This document shows, one piece after another, positions 37,388 to 47,500 of a stretch of 64,000 nucleotides of DNA. The notes beneath the pieces are model-generated. The model was not told where the DNA came from. It made no database searches and worked only from the letters and a program-made list of their open reading frames with translations. The position numbers were made by a program, and so were the translations under genes. The stretch is from Azolla caroliniana (Eukaryota; Plantae; Polypodiophyta), in the NCBI GenBank assembly GCA_043228905.1, contig JBHGNT010000004.1, positions 6,696,001 to 6,760,000 of the forward strand. The letters are read 5' to 3'. The first letter of the stretch is position 1. Each line of letters begins with the position of its first letter.

Positions 37388-38608
37388 AATATGTCGCGTT
37401 GTTACGCGCGTGCGTGGAGAAAGGCGGGACCACGAGGGTCTTGGACTAGGGAGAGAGAGAGAGCGTAGGAAGTCGTGCTTCACTGTTTCTGGGGCATCCC
37501 GGAAGCACCCGAAGGGAGAGAGAGAGCTTAACACCGACTCACGCACACACACGCACACACAGCCCAACCCGACTCACGCCTTATGTACAGAAAACGCAGG
37601 AGAGGTTAAGCACCCGACGCCAACAACGACGCGAATATACACAAACAAACGTATATATATGTATATATAAAGGGAAGGATACATTCCCGGCGTCGAGCCG
37701 GACTGAGGTAGGTTACAGTAGTCGTCAGCTGCCAAGCCGCCGTCGGGGAGCTCTCAGCTCGTCGCGCTAAGCGGGGTCTTGCACAGGAGGCCGAACCAAA
37801 GCAAACCCTAAGCAAACACGAGGGGGAAGAAGAAGGAGAAGAAGAAAACCTAACTCTAAACTTAACGGTATACCCTCTAATGCAAAATGGGCAACCCTTT
37901 CCCAAAGGGCGTTCCCTTCCTTTTATAGAACAAGGAAAGGGATGCGTTACAATGTGGGACAAATCCCGACTTACATGGGATTGTCTGTCCCGACTTAACT
38001 ACTCTTCGGCGCCATAAAGGCGCCCCCGATATTCACACCAAATGTACATGGGTGCGTACACACGCTGCACCCTGCCGATGTAGCCAATGTTTCCCGGTTT
38101 CCGCCTCTGGCCGAAATTCTTCACGACAGCGGTCGTGTTGTCGGCAAAAATCTTTCGTAGATTTTCCCACGCTTCCTTCGGCGTCTTGGCTTCTCGAATG
38201 TAACCGAGCATGTGGTCGTGAACACATGTCGCCAAACAATACATCACGCGGCTTGCGGCTTGCGGCTTGCTCCCATGTCGCGTATCCAAGAGCCGCTTCG
38301 GCGGGTCGGTCTTCATGCGCTCCTTTGATGTAGCTCCAATAGCCTTGTCCGACAAGGTATTGGTGCATCTTGTACTCCCAAGATGCGAAGTTGTTTCGAT
38401 CCAACTTCTCGGTAGGGAGAGTGCTCCCCATTTGAGTATTCATTATATCGATTCTTCTTCTTCTTCTTCTTCTTCTCTCTTCGAATGCGAGCTATGTAGC
38501 GAAGCTACGATAGCTATGAGCCGGTTCTTGGTCGTCGGCGTAGAGCACAACACACGATCACGATGAGGCGAATGGGCTAGATCGAGCTACCAAATCGCTC
38601 TAATACCA

Positions 38609-38988
38609 TGTAAAGAATCAAGAGATGGATTCTTGTGAAGCGGAAGAGATGTGAGTTGTGTGTGTGTGTAAGAGAGAGTGAGAGAGAGAGAGAAACACAG
38701 AGTATATGCAAGGTTTAGTATATTAACAAAGGAGAAAGACACGACATGATACAAGGTGGGAGGAGGGTGCTTTATGTAGTCACCCTCTTTCTTCATTAAC
38801 TACAAGACTCATGGAGCATGGGGAATGTGAAAGCTCATAAGTTATGTGTCATAGAATATGATTCTATGACTCACACTAAATGCTAGAATACAAAGTGGTG
38901 ACATAATGGTGACTCTTGACCGTTGGAGTGTCTCTTCACTCTCAAGGTGAGTTCACACACTAGACCAAGTTGAGCTTGGTTCTCAACA
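38609..38988 (-). repeat. 5' LTR of inner copia
   Basis: TG..CA on the minus strand, followed by an iMet-type PBS at 38597-38608. Confidence 0.95.
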
Positions 38989-39000
38989 CGCCCCCCTCAA

Positions 39001-39625
39001 CCAATTCATGCAAACACCGTGTGATACTCACTTGGATTGCGCTAAGCGAGTTCTACGCTACGTAAGCGGCACAATGGATTGTGGCATCCTCTACAAGACC
39101 GCAATGCCAATACGACTCGAGGGGTACACAGACGCCGATTGGGCCGGCTACAAAGCTGATAGAAGATCAACCTCTGGATTTGTTTTCTCCCTTGGCAGCG
39201 GAGCAATATCCTGGAGTAGCAAGAAGCAGCCTATCGTCGCTCTTTCGAGTACGGAGGCGGAATACAAGGGCGCAGCCGTAGCTGCGTGTGAAGCCGTATG
39301 GCTCAAGAGGATTTTGAAGGATCTGGGCGTACCCATCAAGGATCCGACTTCCCTTTACTGTGACAACATGAGCAGTATCTATCTAGCTCGAAACCCGGTG
39401 TTCCACGCGCGGACAAAGCACATCGAAGTGCACTATCACTTCATCCGAGAGCGCGTTCTGGCTGGCGATGTCGACCTACAACACATTAGCACCAATCTTC
39501 AAACGGCCGACATCTTCACTAAAGCCTTAGGAGCCGACAAGCTATGGCAATTCATGACCGATCTCGAATTGACGATCCCTGACCTGCCAAGCTTGAGGGG
39601 GAGTACTGAAGACACTACGCAATAA
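39001..39625 (+). pseudogene. Outer copia RT end and RNase H (right part)
   Basis: QFMQTP...GYTDADWAG...SSTEAEY...YCDN...QTADIFTK continues the RT interrupted at 19319. Confidence 0.93.
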
Positions 39626-39920
39626 CGCGTAGATTCCGCAACCGCGCACTACACGATAACGTGTGGATTCCGCAACCACACAACGAAGCAGCGAAGAGCT
39701 AATCTACCGCGCAAAGCCGCGAAGAAAGACACAAGCCGAAGTACAGACTTCGCAACTATGCACGCAAGCCGAAGCACAAACTTCGTAACTTCGCACAACG
39801 CAAGCTGGAGCACAGATTCCGCAACTCAGCATAAAGCGAGTCGACGCTGACTCCGGAACATGAGTTGAAGCGGATTTCGGATACCATCTGAAACCGACCC
39901 GACTTGAGCTTGAGGGGGCG

Positions 39921-40306
39921 TGTTGAGAATCAAGCTCAACTTGGTCTAGTGTGTGAACTCACCTTGAGAGTGAATAGACACTCCAACGGTCAAGAGTCAC
40001 CATTATGTCACCACTTTGTATTCTAGCATTTAGTGTGAGTCATAGAATCATATTCTATGACACATAACTTATGAGCTTTCACATTCCCCATGCTCCATGA
40101 GTCTTGTAGTTAATGAAGAAAGAGGGTGACTACATAAAGCACCCTCCTCCCACCTTGTATCATGTCGTGTCTTTCTCCTTTGTTAATATACTAAACCTTG
40201 CATATACTCTGTGTGTGTGTGTGTGTGTCTCTCTCTCTCTATCTTATACACACACACAGTTCACACCTATTCCGCTCCACAAGAATCCATCTCTTGATTC
40301 TTTACA
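39921..40306 (+). repeat. 3' LTR of outer copia
   Basis: TGTTGAG..TTTACA, preceded by the PPT and followed by TSD TCAAG. Confidence 0.96.
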
Positions 40307-40819
40307 TCAAGGATTAGATGCACTTTGGGATTAGTTTGAGAATGAACAAAAGTTACAAACACTTCAAAATCTCTATTTGTCATGTATTGTCCTCCATTGG
40401 AATAACTCCAACCAACTCACACTCACTTTAGTCCGTGATTTGACTAGCGTTAAACTTTGGTAATTTACGAACCTCGTCTTCTCTTTCACTTTTCTAGATC
40501 CAGTTAACTTCGAAAATTAGTCAATCTACGACAATTCCCCTTGTCCCCTCGAATTTTGTTTCTTCTCCTATAACTAGAACATAACAAAGAGATTACAATA
40601 GATCGGGCAATAGCAATTTTTCGTACATGTAGGCCTTGGCCCCACGGACCACGACCCCAACACCCTTGTCATCGATAGATAAAGGCCATTATCTCCCACC
40701 ATCATAGGTGCTTCCCTCACGTCAAAGACCTCTCCATCTTGGATCGGCCTATGTTAGAAATCTTTCGAAGTCAAAATTTATAATACATTTAACTTGAGAA
40801 TCTCATGTGTTGAAAACCA

Positions 40820-40985
40820 AATTCTTTAGTCTCTTTTTATCTTATTTACTTAGCAATATTTATTTTATTTTGATTTGTTGTTCTCAAAGATGAGACAAAC
40901 AATTAAGATGAAATCTTTTGTTTGGTCTTAGAGGCCATTTTGGCCTCTTAAAAGACATTAATATTTCTTTCTTTCTTTCTTTCAT
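40820..40985 (+). repeat. Short interspersed repeat; second copy at about 47788-47951 in NOV intron 7
   Basis: Shared ATTCTTTAGTC...CAAAGA..AGACAA...CCATTTTGGCCTCTTA.AAAGA.ATTAAT..(CTTT)n. Confidence 0.7.
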
Positions 40986-41527
40986 CATCGCATAACTTTC
41001 TTAGGTTTCAGCCCCCTACACTCCAACTGGACACATCACAACAATGAATGGTTACGTAAGGAGCCCACATTATCAACCAAAGCTAAGATCCTCTGGAAAG
41101 ATCCGCATAATGTTTGGGGAAAACTAATTCCAGCTTTTCATGCGCATTTATTCAAAGTTGGATGGTATTTGAACACAATGACTTAAGGAAATAAATACTT
41201 CAAGTGTGATTCTCATCCAATTATAGCTACTGTTGAATGTGTACACCGGAGCAAGTACAGACTATGTACTTTCAGTCATCGATACAAAGGAAAAATAAGC
41301 AATTAAATTTTTTTTTAAATGGATTTTTACATTCACACCAATTACATCCAAATTTTGTTTACAATAATCTGAGGTTTCTCAAAATATATTGGCAATCAGA
41401 GAACTTGCTTCAGTAAATTTACATTTACAAAAACTGTATCTGAAGGTCATACATAGTCAGCTTCTGGACCTGGATCTAGCACATGAATCTGTGCTCGCAT
41501 CATCACATAGATTAAAAATGCTTTCCT

Positions 41528-44500
41528 TCAATAATTTTGAGGAAGAACGAGAGCAAGCTTAATAACGTGCTCTTGGCAAAGCTTTGAGAGGTTAGGAAGC
41601 CAAAGAAACCGAGGCGAGCCAGAATTGGACCCAAGGAAAACTCTGATTATAATATATCTCTCCCGTACCTTGCAAGCCAGCTCCCACTCATTGCTACTAA
41701 TCTCAAACCAATCTTTGTCCTCAGACCATGTTGTCTTCACCTCCACTAACACCTTTTGTCCATCATTTCCATCTATAACAATATCATAAGGGAAACCAGT
41801 CTCCGCCTCAGCGTTCATCCATTTCACATTCTCTGGCCCATGCTTCTCTAGAAGGTGGTTATATACAACTGCCTCCCCAAGACGGCCAGTCAAAACTTGT
41901 TGTTGCTCATTCGGCGCCCCTAGAGAGAGCTGCTCTCTATCTGAAAATGAGAAATGGCTGCCCGTCGTGGTACACCCCAATGAAATCAGATTCGAATTTT
42001 CAATTTTAGCCTCGGCATAATTGATCTGGTGGAAAACCTCAGTTAAGGAGCTCGTAGAACTAAGAATACTATTACGAGGATCGTTAGAATGTGAGATTTC
42101 TTTCCCAGGTTCCCTTTGAACTTTTGACTTTTTCTTTGTCTCTATCTCTTTGAGAATAGAATCAAGTGATTGCTGGCATGCCGCAATCCTTTCTGGCCTT
42201 GTCTGCATAATCTTAGGCTTTTGCTGAAACGACCTAGGAGGCCATTCATTACTTCTCTCTGACTTCCTAGTTTTAGAAACTCCCTGAATGGAAACATCTT
42301 CAGCAATTTTCTCAGACTTCTCATGTACCACTTGAGAATCTTTAGGATTGATCAATGTCCATCTCTTATCATCCTCTGGAAAAGACCTGATTCCTTGTGA
42401 AGAGAGTATGGTCTCAATTTCAGACTCCTGAGATCCAGATTGTACAGACAAAGTTATCAAATGCAAGAAATTTGCAAGCTGCAGATTGGGGATCCCGTTA
42501 AAAAATAACTTTGAAAACTCCAGAAAAACGGTGCTCAGATCATCCATTTCAATTGTATAAAAAATATCATTCTGCAACGAAATGGCCAAATTAAAATGGT
42601 TCATATAGGTGAAAAACCTAATAAGATAAGTTTTCAAACTATAAAAATACAAAAAAAAAGAGATTAAGAAAGCACCTCAAATAGACAGGTACATTCAAAT
42701 CTCTCAGTTCCAGTACCAGTGGCCCTCCCAGGTAGCTTATACCGATAAAATAATTGTTCACAAGTAATGCACTGAAAATTGTTCAGTCTTCCATGAAATA
42801 CAGGCTGTTGTAGATTCTCATAGGTATCTAAATGCCATTTTTGTAAGTACCGTTGCACATAGGGTAATACCCAATTCAAGAGGTTCAGTAGCTCTTCACT
42901 GTTCTGGGCACCATATACAATAGGTTCGCGTTCTACTACCTTCAAAACAAAGTGTGCAATCTTACTTTTAGCATAGATCTCAATAATGATGCCTTACATA
43001 TTTAGGGTTTACATGTAGCACATAATACACTTTGCTATACAATATGAAGAGAAGGTGTATAGATTAACTTACGATTGAGCAGACATTTTGTCCAACATTC
43101 TAATACATATTGCAGAGAATGAAAAAAATTCAAGGTTTTGGATATGCCTCAACAATGTGGACTCATGTGATATGCTGGTTATGTCAGTCCATTCCATATT
43201 CAAATGACCTCTATCATCATTAAATTTTCCCCTTTTTCATCTCTAAGTTCTGGTTTGTTTATGAAACCTATAAAAATAAGGCCCCTAATCTCATTGTTAA
43301 GGGACCAACCCAATTTCTTCCCTCCTAATTAGCCAAACGAAGAATCACTGGTATTCTAGATCTTTATGTCCATCTTTTGAAAGGAATCGTTTTTTAATTC
43401 ACGAAGGAATACCAAATTGCCCAAGATAAATGACGCCAGGTATATTTGGTTAAATATAAGTCACTAGGTCCTAAAAGCCTTTCTTAAGAGACATTTCTCA
43501 AGAGTCACACAATCCTTCACAATAATTCTTGCATAAATTCATTTTAGTTATAATCTCTTTTAGTTAATTACTAGGAAGAAATAAGAAGATAAAAATGGAT
43601 GATGTACCTTGGAAAGTGGAGAAATTCCCATAGCTTGCAAAAAACAGCTCAACTTATCAGCCCCCTTGTGACAATTCTTCATACAAGGACTAGAAACATG
43701 TGGACTAACACAAACATAGAAAACGCTGCCTGACTTCATAAACTGTTGGCCAAGGGTTTCATCATCACACCAACAAACAATACCCTCACTTTCATGAAGT
43801 GAAACCCACTTGTCCTGTAGAGTTGGTAGCACTTGATCCTCTCTTTTGCTCAGCAACTCCTTCAATTTTAAAATATCATTTTGGGACATCTCACCTGCCT
43901 TTATACTGTTTGACCAGATTGCAAACACTTTCAATACCTGAAGGGAAGAGTCATATTAGTATCCATAATTATGTAATTATATGATCGGAGTAGTAAAAAA
44001 CCAAAACTCGAGGCAGACAATGTGAAGGATACCTGGTCAAGTATTTCACAAGGAGAAAATGCATTCGACAGAAGTTTTAAGACATTGTAATAATCATAGA
44101 ACTTCAATACATCCTGAACATTACATTCCTCCAAAAAGAAACCTTGCAAACTAGGGTAGATGATTTTTAAAGCTCGGTATTGTGGTGCTCTTTTGACATC
44201 AGAATTAGCAGAAGCTGCCTGGAATAATAAATCAAGGCATCCTGTTTCATCTTTCCAAATCACATCCTTTTGGAAAAGGAATTGCCCGGAAACAGGAGCA
44301 TGAATATCTGTACTCATCACCTCAGGCACAAAAATAGATGCCTGACTCTGAAAAAAGTTCAGAATCTTTTCTCCATCACTGCTCATCTCACTCCACAAGA
44401 AACTATAGAGTCTTGTAATTTGTGCAAGACTGCAAATTGAAGTTTCACATAATCATTATATTAAACTATTTTTAGAGGTACAAAATTATAATTATATCTG

Positions 44501-47500
44501 CCGAAAACATGGACGCATAACCTTAAGTCAATCGGTCGTTGATTCCAAACCCTCATCACATCAAGCACAACTGAAACAGATAAAGAATTCTGGAGGCCGA
44601 GTGCAGTAGAGAACATGGTTTGTACCTATCGATCAAAACATATTTAGAGAAATGCAAGTCTTGATCTTAAAACATAATATGTTTACTTTGGGAATGTCTA
44701 TCTGCCGTGAAAATATGAGTCTTGATGCTGCAAACATGTATCCCAAGCCATCACAATGACATAAATATCTAAATGCTTTATTTTTATAGCTTTGTTTTAA
44801 CAAAACCAGGTAGAGAAATGTAGGGTATGTTAGGCTGAAGCAGTCTGGAACGAAAACATGCTTCGCCATGAACTAGGTATGAAAAAACAGAACAATTTCA
44901 AAAATCCAACAAAGCACGCCTGACTTGACCAATCCCAATAGTTTGTTACAAGTATGTATTACTTTGTTTCATAATCTTCATAGCTATGTTACTTATCCTA
45001 TAAATGAAAATTTATAACCAAGGAATTGATCAACCAACCCTATGGATCCAGGAAAATGCTTTCATGAATTGTCATCAATGATAAGCACCTGGCAACAACC
45101 TCAGTCAATTGATAAATAAGATAATCATACCTTGTTCTACACATGGTCTCAACCTAATAGACTAAGTTTCATTTTGCGTACACTTTAAAGTCAACAATAG
45201 TATAGTAAAATTCTTTCATGAATTGTCATTGATGATAAGTACCTGGGGAGTGGCATATGGTGCATTTGATCCCAAAACTAATTCAACTGCTGGACATTGA
45301 TAAAATAGTTCAGTTGGATGATAAAGCTTCTGATCAAAGCTTGATTGTACCCATGGAAATGACCTCAAGCACAATATAAAAGAGGGTGGGTTACAGTCTT
45401 CTGATATTACTTTACCAGAACTTAAAGTGCATTTAGAATAATATTCATCCCAGAAGAGATCAAAAGCTGATAATAATTGCGATGACACACGACACTTATC
45501 TGGCAGACTAAGACTGGAACTACATAGGTTCTCAAGAATTTTGACCAGTTCTGGGGATTCCCAATCTGTTATATGTTTAATATCAATAGGAGTGTTCTTA
45601 ACTTCAAAACGAGAATCGGTTAGATTCTTGTTGACATTTTCTAAACTAACAAAATCAGTTACTCCAAGACCTTTTAGAAATGTTCGCCATTTCATGCAAG
45701 CAACATCTTGCGTCCATCCTTGGAATACTTTAATATACGTGGGATCCACTTCATTCCAGTCTATGGAAAGATCCTTCAAAATATGTTTGGCGTTCACAGG
45801 ACAGCCAAAATCAACACCAAAATGCACTGGCTCTTTGCTGACCCTTTTGTAACCATTATTAGTAGCTATAATAGCATTCTTTTGCAGCTCTCCCATCATA
45901 TTCCAATCTTCAGTATGGCATTCCTTACAATTAGATTCAAGGTGTAGCATGATAAAAGCCAAGTACTGCATTACCAGTGGTTTTGACTTTAACAAGATAC
46001 CATTAGAGAACATAACTGGTAGGATATGTGTTTTGACTACCTGGTGCCCTGACATCCGGCCCACCCCAAGTTCCCCAAGCATTAAACATACTACACTTGT
46101 GTTCTCTGCCTGCATTAAATGAGTGCCACTATTACCACCTAAAGGATTGACTAGCAAAGGATGCACGGTTCTCAACTCAGAGTAAACCAATGGGAAACAT
46201 TCAAGAAGTGTGGTTATCTCATTGGCACTAGTTCTGTCAACACATGGTAACCAAATGGGACTCTCTGATATCGATGTATAGCTGCCATTTGATAAAGGGA
46301 TGAAAGGAAGCCGTTTGACTCTTCTCAGATCTTCAACTTCAGTTTTTCTCTGAAAAAAGTGCAACCTTTTCTGAGATTCATTTACAACACAATCATGAAG
46401 AGCAATTAACCAGGACCTTATCCACTCTGGGCCCAATTCTGTTAAAATAGCATTTCTTGTACACAAGCATTCCATGAAATCTATTAGCACTTTCAATCCA
46501 TACATCTGTACGCCGAGTTCAGCTGCTAGTGCAGGCGATATAACAACATCCGTATGCAGATAATGAAGGCCAAGTAGCATCTGTAAGAGACCATCGGGTA
46601 ATAAACGCCTAATTGATTCATCCCAGCCACCAAGAACTGTACAAGGCAATGCCCATTGGTTGTCCTTATCTTCTGTGGGTAAACACTGGCTTGAACGTAG
46701 AGAAGAAAGTAACATGCGCGGTAACGGATAAAAGAATCCCTGCACTTCACCTTCGAGTGGAACAAAACTCATGAAAACAGAAGTTGCTTTCCCTTTATTC
46801 TGCTTGAAACATGATGCTTCCTTCATAACTTCAACTGCCTTCAAACAGACATTTGGTATCTCTGAGAGCAACCACTGGTTCCATGCACTATCAGCATCTA
46901 TTTCTTCACGAGAAGATGGCAAAATAAAGTCCCCCTGAATAATAAACCTCAAGCCATATGAACGAAGAGGAAGAAAAGAAAATACTTGCTGATGCTCATG
47001 GCAAGCGTCAAAGACTCCACTGGAAACTTCCTGCAAAGGAAAAGCCAGAGCAATTTCAGTTCTTTCTACTCCTGGCCTCTCCAGAATAGCATTCAGTTGT
47101 TCCTTCACAACAAGCCAATGGGAATTGTGCCCATTATCTGACACTCTCACAAAACCATCAGATAAATTGTACCGCTGCATGATGTGGATCGAACCAGTCA
47201 TCTCATCTTTGACTGTAATACAGCATAGTCGGTGTAGAAACAACAGAAGAGATGGATGAACATCATTGAGTTTCAATGACAACATCTGCACATCAGGCCC
47301 ATTCATAATTGACGATTTCAGAGGTAGAGCCATGCAGGTATTCCACATCTGCTTTCCATGATTTGTTGAATTTTCTACCTGTGTGAGCACTTCTTCTATT
47401 AAATCCCAGTCTTTGAAAGGTGGTATCATGGTTGGCAAAATGAAACCAATGTTCCCCTCAGAAATATCAAATTTGACATGAAAACCTCTTGAATGTATCT

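Larger units (their letters stand above)
29548..38128 (-). mobile_element. Non-autonomous, gag-only, three-LTR tandem retroelement primed by tRNA-Trp
   Basis: Outer LTRs 37392-38128 and 29548-30285 are near-identical (TGTCG..CGACA/TGACA) with 4-bp TSD GCGG (29544-29547 / 38129-38132). A divergent middle LTR lies at 33569-34245. PBS TGGTGAACCCGACGTGAA occurs twice and PPT TTAGGTGGGGGC(G/A)GA occurs twice. There are two gag remnants and no PR/RT/RH/IN motif. Confidence 0.9.
19320..39000 (-). mobile_element. Inner same-family Ty1/copia, inverted, with PBS and PPT remnants beyond its LTRs and no TSD
   Basis: 5' LTR 38609-38988, PBS TGGTATTAGAGC 38597-38608, gag from 38443, IN-RT 23098-20478, RNase H ending 19968, PPT 19714-19724, 3' LTR 19327-19713. 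Extra TGGTATC at 19320-19326 and extra TTGAGGGGGGCG at 38989-39000. Confidence 0.95.
15161..40306 (+). mobile_element. Outer Ty1/copia LTR retrotransposon (defective), host of a 19.7-kb nest
   Basis: TGTTGAG...TTTACA termini with 5-bp TSD TCAAG (15156-15160 / 40307-40311). Domain order is gag (15623-), CCHC knuckle, PR (WFVDSGAS), GAG-pre-IN, IN, RT (YVDD) up to 19319, then RNase H 39001-39625. PPT TTGAGGGGGCG precedes the 3' LTR. Stops and frameshifts are present. Confidence 0.96.

Noticed and set aside
19320-39000. Simple inversion or autointegration as the origin of the inner copia
   Set aside because: There are four LTRs and two complete internal regions, and the junctions lie outside the LTR ends with no TSD.
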